A stretch of 63,431 nt of DNA, the filler included, from Actinobacteria bacterium UBA7524 (GTDB taxonomy: Bacteria > Actinomycetota > Coriobacteriia > Anaerosomatales > UBA912), in NCBI GenBank assembly GCA_002478275.1. It is 3 parts of 3 records of this genome, joined end to end, with 100 filler letters (N's around TTAATTAATTAA, not from the genome) between each part and the next. Parts side by side here need not be neighbours in the genome. Positions count along the whole stretch, not along the records: positions 26,447 to 56,188 come from DLMY01000035.1; positions 56,289 to 63,431 come from DLMY01000043.1; 1 more part is not named here. One strand, 5' to 3'. A program made the position numbers and the translations under genes. The notes beneath the pieces are model-generated. The model made no database searches. It saw only the letters and a program-made list of their open reading frames with translations, and was not told the origin of the DNA. Positions 47,213 to 59,689 of this stretch are shown here, in pieces (the stretch's first letter is position 1; every line of letters starts with the position of its first letter).

Positions 47213-47923
47213 ATGCTCGAAAGCCTTGCTCTTCACATGGGCGCACAGACGAGCGCATTGACAGCGGCTTCCTTTCCCCTTGCTTTCCTGGGTGGAGTGA
47301 TCGCAGGGTTCGGTCCATGCGTGTTGCCCATGATTCCCGCGCTATTCGCCTATCTGACAGGCCATCTACCTGAGGCGGAGACGGCCGATCTGCAGCTTGC
47401 GACTGCACGTTCCCTTGGGCTGGCGACACTCTTCGTGCTTGGGCTCGCGACCACTTCCGCTGGTATCGGCGTGATCGCCGCGCTCGTGGGTCATGCGGTA
47501 CTGATCGGTCGTTGGGCGTATTGGATCGTCGCCGGGATCTGCCTGCTCATGGGGTTGCAGTTGCTGGAGGTCATCAGCTTGAGGATATGGGGTCTCGACC
47601 GATGGGTCACTCACCGTCCACGGGCCGGCGGTACAGCCGGGGCGTTCTTGTTCGGGCTGCTGTTCGGATTGGTCGCCACTCCGTGCGCTACACCGGTTCT
47701 TGCAGTGATAGCGACGTTGGCAGCGATGAGTGGTGACGTGATCGTTGGTGCGGGGCTACTGTTCGTCTACGGTATAGGCAAGGGTGTTCCGCTGTTGCTT
47801 GTGGCGTTGTTCTCCGGATTCGTTTTGGGCATGAAGGGCTTTTCCCGTGTGACTGCGTGGATGTCGCGAGTCGGCGGCGCAGTACTGATAGGCCTTTCGG
47901 CGTACCTTGTTTGGATAGCCTGA
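47213..47923 (+). CDS. ccdA: CcdA/DsbD-family disulfide transporter
   Basis: GPCVLPMIP and TPCATPVL motifs; multiple TMs. Confidence 0.88.
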   Translation: MLESLALHMGAQTSALTAASFPLAFLGGVIAGFGPCVLPMIPALFAYLTGHLPEAETADLQLATARSLGLATLFVLGLATTSAGIGVIAALVGHAVLIGRWAYWIVAGICLLMGLQLLEVISLRIWGLDRWVTHRPRAGGTAGAFLFGLLFGLVATPCATPVLAVIATLAAMSGDVIVGAGLLFVYGIGKGVPLLLVALFSGFVLGMKGFSRVTAWMSRVGGAVLIGLSAYLVWIA

Positions 47924-47993
47924 TGTTGCCGGCTGAAGTGGAAGAGAGCGGTTCCTGAGCCACAGCAGGTCTTGCAGGGAGGGATCATCCAGG

Positions 47994-49103
47994 ATGTCTG
48001 ACCGAACCAGCACCACCGTCGAGACAACGTGCGATCTCGACAAGAAGCGTATGAGCTTCTTCGAACGTTACCTGACCGTCTGGGTCGCACTCTGTATCGT
48101 TGCGGGGACGATGATCGGGTCGCTGTGGCCAGGCACCGCCGAGTGGCTTGACGGCTTCACCGTCTCATCCATCTCATTGCCGGTCGCGGTGCTTATCTGG
48201 CTCATGATCTTTCCCATGATGCTCCAGATCGACTTCGCCTCGATACGGCGGGTCGGCGAGCGCAGGAACGGCCTTGTGGTCACGACCGTCGTGAACTGGC
48301 TGATCAAGCCATTCACCATGTTCGGTATGGCTTGGCTGTTCTTCAACGTCCTCTTCGAGCCATTCATCACGCCAGACCTCGCACAGGAATACCTGGCAGG
48401 CGCCGTGCTCCTGGGTGCGGCTCCCTGCACCGCGATGGTGTTCGTCTGGTCCTACCTTGCCGACGGCGACCCCGCATACACTCTCGTACAAGTAGCGATC
48501 AACGACCTGATCATGCTCGTCGCGTTCGTCCCCATCGTCTCGCTGCTCCTGGGCATCGGTGGGGTCCCCGTCCCTTGGGACACTATGGTGCTCTCGGTGG
48601 TGCTCTTCGTGGTCGTTCCGTTGGCGGCGGGTTGGTTCGCGCGCACCAGGCTCATCGCCACATGGGGCTTGGAGTGGTTCGAGAATCAGTGCCTGCCCAG
48701 ATTCGGCCCGGTCACGATGGGCGCGCTGCTGATCACCCTCGTGATCATCTTCATATTCCAGGGCCAGATCATCGTGGACAATCCTCTCCATATCGCGCTC
48801 ATCGCCGTGCCCCTGACGATACAGACGTTTCTGATCTTCGCGATCGCGTACGGATGGGCGTGGGCGTGGAGGATACCGCATCCGGTTGCCGCTCCGGCAG
48901 GCTTCATCGGGGCATCGAACTTCTTCGAACTCGCCGTGGCGGTAGCGATCGCGCTGTTCGGACTGACGTCAGGTGCGGCCCTGGCCACGGTGGTCGGCGT
49001 GCTTGTCGAGGTGCCCGTGATGCTCTCCCTGGTCTGGATCGCCAACAACTCACGTGGCTGGTTCGAGGGGCGCTCCACTGTCCGAAGTGGCCAGGGCGCC
49101 TGA
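47994..49103 (+). CDS. acr3: Acr3-family arsenite efflux transporter
   Basis: FFERYLTVWV, VNWLIKPF, AAPCTAMVFVWS, GASNFFELAVAVAI, VGVLVEVP. Confidence 0.95.
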   Translation: MSDRTSTTVETTCDLDKKRMSFFERYLTVWVALCIVAGTMIGSLWPGTAEWLDGFTVSSISLPVAVLIWLMIFPMMLQIDFASIRRVGERRNGLVVTTVVNWLIKPFTMFGMAWLFFNVLFEPFITPDLAQEYLAGAVLLGAAPCTAMVFVWSYLADGDPAYTLVQVAINDLIMLVAFVPIVSLLLGIGGVPVPWDTMVLSVVLFVVVPLAAGWFARTRLIATWGLEWFENQCLPRFGPVTMGALLITLVIIFIFQGQIIVDNPLHIALIAVPLTIQTFLIFAIAYGWAWAWRIPHPVAAPAGFIGASNFFELAVAVAIALFGLTSGAALATVVGVLVEVPVMLSLVWIANNSRGWFEGRSTVRSGQGA

Positions 49104-50038
49104 TGGAAGCATCCCATCCCCCTAGCCCCGACCGCCCTGAGCGCATGCCCGCATGGTTGCGCCGTCCGCTCGCCAGACCAGGGCAGTATGCGGCCGTGGA
49201 GGGGCTCCTCGGCGAGTTGAGGCTTAATACCGTGTGCCAGTCGGCCAAGTGCCCGAACCGGGGCGAGTGCTTCGCCAGTGGCACGGCGACGTTCTTGGTC
49301 ATGGGTGATGCATGTACGCGGGGGTGCCACTTCTGCGCGGTCGAGAATCGCGCACCAGCTGCGCTGGATCCGGACGAACCGCGCAGGGTCGCGAAGGCCG
49401 CGCGACAGCTTGAGCTCGCGCACGTCGTTGTCACGATGGTGACTCGCGATGACGTCGTGGACGGCGGCGCCGGCCATCTGGCAGCTGTCGTGGAAGCTCT
49501 GCGCGAGACGGTGCCGTCGGCCTCGATCGAGGTGCTCACGAGTGACTTCGCCGGCAGTCTCGACGCTGTCGATACCGTGGTGAGGGCGAATCCGGATGTC
49601 TTCAATCACAACGTGGAGACGGTGCCTCGACTGTACTCGCACGTCAGACCCGGCGCGGATTACGAGCGTTCCCTGGCCGTTCTCGCCCGAGCGGCACAGC
49701 CGCGTCACTCAGGCGCATCTGACATGCCCGTCAAGTCTGGACTCATGCTCGGTCTGGGAGAAACCGCCGAGGAGATCGTCGACGTGATGCGAGACCTTCA
49801 TGAGAGCGGGGTCAGGCTGCTGACTCTGGGCCAGTATCTGCGTCCGAGTCCTGAGAACCTGCCGGTCGAGTCGTTCGTGGAACCAGAGGTGTTCGAGGAA
49901 CTCGAGCGCAGGGCGTTGGCGATTGGTTTCCTCGGTGTCGCCAGCGCCCCGTACGTGCGGTCGAGCTATGCGGCAGGCGACCTTGCGGCCCGGGCGCGTC
50001 AGGTGTCTCCGAAGGCGGCAGGAAACGCCGCCACGTGA
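49103..50038 (+). CDS. lipA: Lipoyl synthase
   Basis: LNTVCQSAKCPNRGEC, CTRGCHFC, FNHNVETV, LGQYLRP, VRSSY; TGATG overlap with acr3. Confidence 0.95.
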   Translation: MEASHPPSPDRPERMPAWLRRPLARPGQYAAVEGLLGELRLNTVCQSAKCPNRGECFASGTATFLVMGDACTRGCHFCAVENRAPAALDPDEPRRVAKAARQLELAHVVVTMVTRDDVVDGGAGHLAAVVEALRETVPSASIEVLTSDFAGSLDAVDTVVRANPDVFNHNVETVPRLYSHVRPGADYERSLAVLARAAQPRHSGASDMPVKSGLMLGLGETAEEIVDVMRDLHESGVRLLTLGQYLRPSPENLPVESFVEPEVFEELERRALAIGFLGVASAPYVRSSYAAGDLAARARQVSPKAAGNAAT

Positions 50039-51051
50039 CCGACGCGCGCCTTTCCGTCCTGTTTGGCCTCGTACAGACTGCGGTTCGCCAGGGCGAGGAA
50101 CCCGTCCATGTCGTCGCCTGGTCCGTTAGCGGGGCTGAGCACCGCACCTCCGACGCTGATTCCTAGCGGTACCGCCGTGCCGTCCCAGTCCAGGAGCGCC
50201 AGACCGGCAACGCTGTCCACCAGCCGCTGTGCGAGCGCTGCCATCTCTATGTCGTCCGATTCGGGAGCCACGATCGCGAACTCGTCACCTCCATAGCGAG
50301 CCACGAAGTCCGATCCGCGGATGGCCTGCTCCAAAGCGGATGCGACCGCTTTGAGAGCGAGATCGCCGACGGCTTGACCGAAGTTGTCGTTGATCTTCTT
50401 GAAGTCATCGACGTCCACCAGCAGCAGTCCCAGGGGTCGCCGGTATCTGTCCGCCCAAGAGACCCATTGCTCCAAGTAGGTCATCAGGCCCCTGCGGTTG
50501 TGCAGGGCGGTCAGGGGGTCCCGGGTGGCGTACGTGGTGAGCGCGAGGTTGTCTCTCCAGGCACGCCTGATGACGCCAGCAAGGAAGCGGCCCAGGTCAG
50601 GTCTGCCGTAGTACATCTCGATGGCGTTCACGATCCGTTCGAGGTGCCTTGCGTAAGCTGCGCGGTGCGTGCGCGCTCCGCCGGGTTCGGTCAGTTCGAG
50701 CAGCTCACCGAAGACCGGGTCCGTCATGAGGAATTCCATCCGCGCGGCGATGTCGAGCATCATGTCGTCGGTGACTGCGGCCATATCATCGGGGACCAGT
50801 ACGGCGATCTCCGCGTGTATCTGCTTGAGATGCCGCTCCAGGCCCTCTGTGTCGTTGACGATGTCAGGTACCAGGCCACGGTCCCACGCTTCAATGAGGC
50901 CGGTCCACCATCCGAGGTGATCGCGCTCCTCGACCGCCAGACGTTCGAACACGGGGATGAGCTCAGGATTCGCGGCGTGGCGTGCCATCGACTCGTATGC
51001 CGTGCTGGTGAGCTCGTCCATTGCGATGCAGGTCTCAAGGATACTTCTCAT
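49999..51051 (-). CDS. Diguanylate cyclase with N-terminal ferritin-like domain
   Basis: DPLTALHNRR, DVDDFK, RGSD (RxxD), RYGGDEF; N-terminus FERLAVEERDH. Confidence 0.85.
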   Translation of the reverse strand: MRSILETCIAMDELTSTAYESMARHAANPELIPVFERLAVEERDHLGWWTGLIEAWDRGLVPDIVNDTEGLERHLKQIHAEIAVLVPDDMAAVTDDMMLDIAARMEFLMTDPVFGELLELTEPGGARTHRAAYARHLERIVNAIEMYYGRPDLGRFLAGVIRRAWRDNLALTTYATRDPLTALHNRRGLMTYLEQWVSWADRYRRPLGLLLVDVDDFKKINDNFGQAVGDLALKAVASALEQAIRGSDFVARYGGDEFAIVAPESDDIEMAALAQRLVDSVAGLALLDWDGTAVPLGISVGGAVLSPANGPGDDMDGFLALANRSLYEAKQDGKARVGHVAAFPAAFGDT

Positions 51052-51141
51052 GCGAAGGCCTCCTCCCACCTACTACGAGTATACTGCGGACAGCGCGGTT
51101 CGGTAGCCCCGTAAGGCGATTATGTGAGGCGGAATCGGAAG

Positions 51142-51864
51142 ATGACGTTCGAACCCAGGACGTATAGAGCTGCTGTCGCTCCGGAGGGGCTTACCTGCTT
51201 CGAGGTGGCGATCAGAGAGACTGACCTACAGATATGCGCCGAGTCCGATCTTACGGACATGGCCGAGGACCTGGCGGTTCAGGCCCGCTGGCAGATAGAG
51301 GAGTTCATCCGGGCACATCCTTACTTCGCCGAGACGCTCACGCCGATGGACGTGCCTGAGACGTCGCCGGAGATCGTCAAGCGCATGGCGGATGCAGGCC
51401 GTGTCGCCCGGGTCGGCCCGATGGCCGCTGTTGCCGGCGCCATCGCCGAACATGTCGCGCGCGGTCTTTCCGAGATCTCACCGGAGGTCATAGTCGAGAA
51501 CGGCGGTGACGTCTACCTCATGGGCAAGCGCGACCGCATCGTCTCGCTGTGGGCAGGCGAGGACGGCGTCAGCGGTGTCGGCATACGGGTCCCCGGGGCG
51601 TTGATGCCGGTTTCCGTATGCACGAGCAGCGGCATGATAGGGCATTCCCTATCGTTCGGCAGTGCTGACGCGGTCACCATAATCGCACGCAACGGGGCGC
51701 TGGCTGACGCGGTGGCGACCGCACTGGCGAATCGCGTGCGCGAGCCGGACGATCTCGAGAGAGCGGTGGAAGCTGCACGCAACGTACTGGGGGTACTTGG
51801 AGTGATCGTCACCGTGCGCGGACACATCGGAGCGTGGGGTAACGTTCACCTCGTGTCGCTCTGA
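51142..51864 (+). CDS. UPF0280/ApbE-like protein (COG2122)
   Basis: ETDL, VGPMAAVAGAIA, VENGGD, CTSSG..GHSLSFGSADAV..LADAVATA. Confidence 0.88.
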   Translation: MTFEPRTYRAAVAPEGLTCFEVAIRETDLQICAESDLTDMAEDLAVQARWQIEEFIRAHPYFAETLTPMDVPETSPEIVKRMADAGRVARVGPMAAVAGAIAEHVARGLSEISPEVIVENGGDVYLMGKRDRIVSLWAGEDGVSGVGIRVPGALMPVSVCTSSGMIGHSLSFGSADAVTIIARNGALADAVATALANRVREPDDLERAVEAARNVLGVLGVIVTVRGHIGAWGNVHLVSL

Positions 51865-51901
51865 CCCGTGAACGGTACCCGGCTCGCACGTCCGCGCGCG
51901 G

Positions 51902-53158
51902 CTACTGCACGTAGCCCAGGCGCTTGAGAGCCGCCTGGATGTCGTCCTCGCTCGTGACCGAAGAGTCGTACGATATCGCCAGGACGGGCGGCTCGAGCTG
52001 GATGGATGCTTCCACGACCCCGCCGATCGCCCGAAGCGCCGAGAACACCTGCTCGGATTCGGTCTCAGGGCTGCAGCCGCACCACGAGAACGCCGTCTGC
52101 ATGGTCGAGTCCGCTTTGCCCTGGGCGATCGCCCTCTTGATCTGACCGTCCTCGGCGCCTCCTGACGGGGCGACAAGTGCGATGACGAGAGCGATTCCGG
52201 CCAGGACCGCGCCGACGGTCAGAATGATCGGGGCCATCGAGCGCTTGGCGGGTCCGGCCGTGACTGACGTTCCAGCAAGGGCGTCGTCATCATCCGCATT
52301 CATGTCTACTTCGCCTGCAGCGTCGACACCTACGCTCTGCGGAGCGTCTTCGTCTTCGTCGTCGTCCAGAGCTTCGGTGTCGGGGTCGACCGTCCTCCGC
52401 CGTGCGCGGGAAGCGACCAGGAGTCCTCCAGCCAGCAGCAGACCACCCACTATCACGAGCGGGAAAAGAGCGGCAGTTCCGCCGCCGCCGGAGGTGCTGC
52501 CGAGCGGAGGAGCAGTACCGGGCGGGGCTCCGGCGGGAGCGGTGTACTCCACGCGAAGCTCTCTGATCTCACCGGCCGGGACATCGGTGGCCATCAAGGT
52601 GTAGTAGAGCGCGCCAGCGGGTCCGGGCTGTGCCTGTGCATCCGGAGTGAAGGTAGCGACTGTGGCACCTTGGGGTGTCGTTACCCCAAGTCGCAGGCTC
52701 GCCACCGGCTGTGGGGCCATCCACCTGTTCACCGCCTGGACGATGTCACCATCCGTGGTGAGCAGTCCTGAAGCATCCACTTCGACCTGCCCGATACGCG
52801 AGGTCTGAAGGGTGAACACGACCGTGTCGAACTCGCCCTCACCCTCCACGATCTCATAGTCGACCGTAGGATCGGCGTCGAGCGAGCCACCGAGGATCTC
52901 CCCGGCCCACAGCATCGAGGTGCCCTTCGGTATCGCGAGCGAGACTTCGGCGGGCAACACGGCCGCATCGCTCAGCGACCCGGTGATGATGATGATCGCA
53001 CCGCCGGCATGAGACACGGTGTCCAGGAGAACGTCCGCCCTTTCCCAGGCGGTTTCGGGTTGCGCCACAGCTGGCGTGGCGGGCGCGAAGCTTCCCGCGC
53101 CGAGCATGAGCGTGATGGCGAGCGCGGTCGCAAAGCGTACGAGGGTACTGATTCGCAT
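51902..53158 (-). CDS. Membrane protein with signal peptide, two TMs and a C-terminal HMA-like domain
   Basis: Signal AVA; TMs flanking an acidic linker; WCGC...GVVEASI...YD...IQAALKRLGY. Confidence 0.65.
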   Translation of the reverse strand: MRISTLVRFATALAITLMLGAGSFAPATPAVAQPETAWERADVLLDTVSHAGGAIIIITGSLSDAAVLPAEVSLAIPKGTSMLWAGEILGGSLDADPTVDYEIVEGEGEFDTVVFTLQTSRIGQVEVDASGLLTTDGDIVQAVNRWMAPQPVASLRLGVTTPQGATVATFTPDAQAQPGPAGALYYTLMATDVPAGEIRELRVEYTAPAGAPPGTAPPLGSTSGGGGTAALFPLVIVGGLLLAGGLLVASRARRRTVDPDTEALDDDEDEDAPQSVGVDAAGEVDMNADDDDALAGTSVTAGPAKRSMAPIILTVGAVLAGIALVIALVAPSGGAEDGQIKRAIAQGKADSTMQTAFSWCGCSPETESEQVFSALRAIGGVVEASIQLEPPVLAISYDSSVTSEDDIQAALKRLGYVQ

Positions 53159-53333
53159 GTCAGGTATCTCCGATGTCTCGACAGCGGGCATCGTCACGCC
53201 TGGGGCGTATCCGGCTATTCTACTGCAAGGCTTGTGCCGCGGGGGCGGAAATGGTCTTCGCGACCCGTCCCGCGCAGGCGGTGAGAAGTCGTTAGAATGT
53301 TCCTCGGCAATGAAACGGGTCTTGGAAGGGCTG

Positions 53334-53633
53334 ATGATGGACAGTATCGACGAGCTGGATATGTACGAGGCGGAGAAGCGCCTTGCTCTCTACAACGAGT
53401 ACCGCGATGCCGCGCGAGTGTTCACCTTCTACGTTGAGACCGAACTACGAGCGTATCTCGCCAACGAGGTCGACGTAGAGCCGGTCAGCGGTTCGGGTGG
53501 CGTCTTCTTCAAGGTCACGATGACCGACGTCTGGATCTACGAAGCAGAGCGCCTCAATCGATTCGTGCCCGAGACGGTGGTGTTCGCTGTTGGCGACGTG
53601 CACGTGCAGCGGCTCAAGAACGACGACGAGTGA
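53334..53633 (+). CDS. DUF2469-family protein
   Basis: LDMYEAE..LALYNEYRD, YVETE..YLAN, DVWIY. Confidence 0.8.
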   Translation: MMDSIDELDMYEAEKRLALYNEYRDAARVFTFYVETELRAYLANEVDVEPVSGSGGVFFKVTMTDVWIYEAERLNRFVPETVVFAVGDVHVQRLKNDDE

Positions 53634-55826
<2,193 letters not shown>

Positions 55827-55841
55827 TCCGGCGACGGGCAG

Positions 55842-56188
55842 ATGAAGCGCACGCCCGTACAGATCAGGCTGGACCCGGACAGGTGCGACCGCTGCAGGGC
55901 GTGCGTGGAGGTCTGCGAACCTGGTGCGCTCAAGGTGGGTCCCATGTACATCTACCTTGACTGGCGCGCTTGCGACGAATGCTACCGGTGCGTGGAAGCC
56001 TGTTCCACTGGGGCGATCACGCGCAGGGACACGTCACGCAAGGTCTCGACGGGCGGCCGGGGCTCAGACGCTGGGAAGCCGTCAGTGGGTCGCCGTGGTG
56101 TGCGCACCCTGCCTCGAAGACGCGCTTCATCGAGTGTGGGTCGCGGGAGGGGCGGGGGTTCCTCGGCGGGGAACGGAACGGGCACGAG
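55842..56188 (+). CDS. 2x[4Fe-4S] ferredoxin-domain protein, 3'-truncated by the gap
   Basis: CDRCRAC...C and CDECYRC...C. Confidence 0.7.
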
Positions 56189-56288
56189 NNNNNNNNNNNN
56201 NNNNNNNNNNNNNNNNNNNNNNNNNNNNNNNNTTAATTAATTAANNNNNNNNNNNNNNNNNNNNNNNNNNNNNNNNNNNNNNNNNNNN
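56189..56288. other. Artificial contig linker
   Basis: N run-TTAATTAATTAA-N run. Confidence 0.95.
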
Positions 56289-56645
56289 TACTACGGTCAG
56301 GCGCAGAAGGCCCGCACGCTCATCAAGCAGGATTTCGCGCGCGCCTTCGCCGACTTCGACGTGCTCCTCACCCCGACCAGCCCCACGGTGGCCTTCAGGA
56401 TCGGCGAGAAGTCGTCGGACCCGCTCGCGATGTACCTGTCCGACATCTACACCATCCCCGTCAACCTCGCCGGTATCCCGGCGATCAGCGTTCCCGCGGG
56501 GTTGTGCCCGTCGTCCGGTCTGCCGATGGGACTGCAGATCATGACCGATTACTTCGCCGAGGAGACCATGTTCCGTGCAGCGGCCGCGTACGAGGCCGCA
56601 CTGGGATTCGAGGGAGTGCCGAGTGTCCAAAGACCGTCTGAGTGA
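56289..56645 (+). CDS. gatA: Glu/Asp-tRNA amidotransferase subunit A, 3' fragment
   Basis: [41 protein letters not shown]. Confidence 0.93.
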   Translation, partial: YYGQAQKARTLIKQDFARAFADFDVLLTPTSPTVAFRIGEKSSDPLAMYLSDIYTIPVNLAGIPAISVPAGLCPSSGLPMGLQIMTDYFAEETMFRAAAAYEAALGFEGVPSVQRPSE

Positions 56646-58116
56646 AGTACTGGAAGACTGGGAAGCCGTCATCGGCCTGGAGATCCACACCGAGATCACC
56701 AGCAGTAAGACGAAGATGTTCTGCGGGTGCCCGGTCGATTTCGGCGGGGAGCCCAACACCCGCGTCTGCCCGGTCTGCCTGGGGATGCCCGGTGCGCTCC
56801 CGGTGCCCAATGAGTATGCCATCGAGGCGACGGTCCTGGCCGGCCTCGCCATCGACTGCGATATCGCGCAGTGGAGCCAGTTCCACCGCAAGAACTACTT
56901 CTATCCCGACATGCCGAAGGACTACCAGATCTCCCAGTATGACCTTCCCTTCTGCCACGGAGGCCACCTCGATATCGAGGTGGGCGATGGAGATGCGGCT
57001 TACACGACCCGCATCGGGATCACCCGCATCCACCTGGAAGAGGACACGGGCAAGATGATCCACGTGGGAGGATCGGAAGGGCGGATCTCAGGCGCGACCC
57101 ATTCGCTGGTCGACTTCAACCGGGCGGGCACCCCGCTCATGGAACTCGTGAGCGAACCGGACATCCGCACGCCGGAAGAGGCCCGCAGGTTCGCCCAGAC
57201 GCTTCGTTCGATCTGGCTGGCGCTTGGCGTCTCTGACTGCAACATGGAAGAAGGCTCGATGCGCGTAGACGCCAATGTGAGCGTTCGCCGCCGGGGAGAC
57301 ACCGAGTTCGGCACCAAGGCCGAGATCAAGAACATGAACTCGTTCAAGGCGCTCCATGACGGGGTCGCCTACGAGATCGTACGGCAGGCCGAACTCATAG
57401 AGAGTGGCGGCCGCGTCGTCCAGGAGACGCGCCACTGGGACGTCGGTGCTAAGCGGACCAGCGCACTGCGAAGCAAGGAAGAGGCGCACGACTACCGGTA
57501 TTTCCCTGAACCGGATATGGTCCCGTTCCAGTTCTCGGTCGAATGGATCGAGTCCATCCGTGCGCGGCTGCCCGAACTGCCGGCCGCCCGCAAGGAGCGA
57601 TACCGGTCGGACTATGGCTTGTCTGATTACGATGCCGGCGTCCTGGTCAACGACCCGGCTCTGGGCGTGTGTTTCGAGGATGCGGTAGAGATCGCCGGTG
57701 CGGCTCGTGCGAAGGCCGTGGCCAACCTGGTGATCAACGACCTGGCCGCGTTGCTGAACGCCGAGGGCGACGAGGGCGCGGCCGTGACTCCAGCCATGAT
57801 CGCCGAACTCGTCACGCTCGTGGACGACAGCGTGATCTCCAGCAAGCAGGCCAAGGAGGTCTTCGCCGAGATGGCGCAGACGGGTGAAGCACCTGGTGCG
57901 ATCGTCGAACTCAAAGGTATGAAGCAGGTCAGCGATGCGGACGCGATCGAGGCGGTCGTTGACGGCGTGCTGGCCGCTCACCCGGACGAGGTCGCGAGCT
58001 ACAGAGGCGGAAAGACGGGCCTGATCGGTTTCTTCGTCGGTCAGGTCATGCGCGAGATGAGAGGGCAGGGTAACCCCGCAGTGGTCAACGAAGTGCTGCG
58101 GCGCAAGCTCGGGTGA
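56623..58116 (+). CDS. gatB: Glu/Asp-tRNA amidotransferase subunit B
   Basis: [40 protein letters not shown]. Confidence 0.97.
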   Translation: MSKDRLSEVLEDWEAVIGLEIHTEITSSKTKMFCGCPVDFGGEPNTRVCPVCLGMPGALPVPNEYAIEATVLAGLAIDCDIAQWSQFHRKNYFYPDMPKDYQISQYDLPFCHGGHLDIEVGDGDAAYTTRIGITRIHLEEDTGKMIHVGGSEGRISGATHSLVDFNRAGTPLMELVSEPDIRTPEEARRFAQTLRSIWLALGVSDCNMEEGSMRVDANVSVRRRGDTEFGTKAEIKNMNSFKALHDGVAYEIVRQAELIESGGRVVQETRHWDVGAKRTSALRSKEEAHDYRYFPEPDMVPFQFSVEWIESIRARLPELPAARKERYRSDYGLSDYDAGVLVNDPALGVCFEDAVEIAGAARAKAVANLVINDLAALLNAEGDEGAAVTPAMIAELVTLVDDSVISSKQAKEVFAEMAQTGEAPGAIVELKGMKQVSDADAIEAVVDGVLAAHPDEVASYRGGKTGLIGFFVGQVMREMRGQGNPAVVNEVLRRKLG

Positions 58117-58157
58117 TACCCGAACCTGCGCCGCTCGGCACTGTGTATCCGGGACGG

Positions 58158-58691
58158 TTACTCCGAGGACTGGGTGACTTGTACCGCGATCGCTAGCGAG
58201 CCGTCGTCTTCCTCGGCGATCCAGATCGTGCTGTTCAGATCGCCCTTCGTCGCCACGAGCGAACCTGTCTTGACGCCATCTGACTCGAATACCATCTCGT
58301 TGTCGATGCTCCAGCCCTTCGACTCGAATTCGCCCTTCCACCAATCGAACACGGTGTCGAGGGGATCGTCTGTGGTCATCGAGACCGTGAAGTACGACTG
58401 TCCGCCGGTCTTGGTCGAGGTGGATCCGCTGATCTGCGCCTTGTCGTAGAGTGGGGCCTCGTCGGGCCACCCACTGGGCAGAGAGCCTTCCTTGCTCGAG
58501 ATCTCCATCTCGCCGTCCTCACCCTGGATGGTGACCTTGTCGCCGTCCTCCTCGACCTTGACGCCCGTGGCCTTCTCGACGGCCGACTGCGCCGCCTTCT
58601 CGGCGATGTTCCTGCATCCGGTCGCCCCGGCTATGAGGGCCGCGCCCAGAGCGAGCACGATGAGCGCGCGCAGGGTTCGAAAGCTACTCAT
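58158..58691 (-). CDS. Putative lipoprotein
   Basis: AGGAGG RBS; lipobox-like ATGC; AEKAAQSAVEKATG, LPSGWP. Confidence 0.75.
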   Translation of the reverse strand: MSSFRTLRALIVLALGAALIAGATGCRNIAEKAAQSAVEKATGVKVEEDGDKVTIQGEDGEMEISSKEGSLPSGWPDEAPLYDKAQISGSTSTKTGGQSYFTVSMTTDDPLDTVFDWWKGEFESKGWSIDNEMVFESDGVKTGSLVATKGDLNSTIWIAEEDDGSLAIAVQVTQSSE

Positions 58692-58805
58692 GATGTTCCT
58701 CCTTCTCTTCGGCACTTGTTCCGAGTATGCCACAAAGGAGATACCATCCCGCCTCCAGGTGGTACCATCCTGAGTATCAGGTTGCCGGGACTTCAGGAGA
58801 GCACC

Positions 58806-59666
58806 ATGTCTGCCGAAACGTTCAAGCGTTCCTTCGCGGTCGTCACCGACAGTACATCCGACATCTCGCCTCAGATCGCTGCGGAACGAGGAATCACGGT
58901 CGTGCCGCTGCAGGTCACGTTCGGCGAGGAGTCGATCGCGGACGGGGTCCTTGACCAAGAGGCTTTCTTCGCGAAGATGGCGTCCTCCCCGCAATTGCCC
59001 ACCACGTCACAGCCCTCAGTGGGAGCGTTCACCGACGTGTACGAACAGGTGCTCGAATCAGTCGAGGAGGTCGTTTCCATCCACATCTCCAATAGGCTGT
59101 CCGGAACGCTCGCGTCTGCACTGAAAGCGGCAGAGAGGTTCGAGGGCCGGATCCATGTGTTCGATTCCCTGAACCTGTCGGGCGGGCTCGCTCTGCAGGT
59201 CTACGAAGCTGCAGCGGCCGCCGCACAGGGCCTGACGCCGACCGCAGCACTCGAGCGGCTCGAGCGAGCGCGGGAGCGGGTGAAGATGATCGTCGGACTG
59301 GATTCACTGGACAACCTTGCCAAAGGCGGACGTATCGGCCGCGTCTCCGCGTTCCTCGGCTCCATGCTCAACCTCAAGGTCACGCTTACCGTAGACCCGG
59401 AGGGAGCGTTCCTTCCTGTGGCCCGGACGCGAGGGGAGAAAGCCGCGATAGCTCATACCCTGGAGTGGGTCGAGCAGCAGATGGGCGATGCTCGTCGTGC
59501 GGCGTTCGCGGTCGGACATGCGTTGTCGCTCGAGAGGGCGCTACGCCTTCGGGACGCGTTGGCAGAGCGCTACGAGGTCACCGAGATGCATGTCTATGAG
59601 GCTGGATCGGTCATCTCGACTCATACCGGCACCGGCTGGGGCGTGGCTCTTCTGCCCACCGAGTAG
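58806..59666 (+). CDS. DegV-family fatty acid-binding protein
   Basis: VVTDSTSD, PTTSQPS, ISNRLSGT, LAKGGRI, HTG. Confidence 0.92.
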   Translation: MSAETFKRSFAVVTDSTSDISPQIAAERGITVVPLQVTFGEESIADGVLDQEAFFAKMASSPQLPTTSQPSVGAFTDVYEQVLESVEEVVSIHISNRLSGTLASALKAAERFEGRIHVFDSLNLSGGLALQVYEAAAAAAQGLTPTAALERLERARERVKMIVGLDSLDNLAKGGRIGRVSAFLGSMLNLKVTLTVDPEGAFLPVARTRGEKAAIAHTLEWVEQQMGDARRAAFAVGHALSLERALRLRDALAERYEVTEMHVYEAGSVISTHTGTGWGVALLPTE

Positions 59667-59689
59667 CTCGCTCGTCGCGGCGATGAGGG

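Noticed and set aside
48332..49102. Long N-terminal extension of LipA
   Set aside because: Shadow frame over acr3; the real start is 49103
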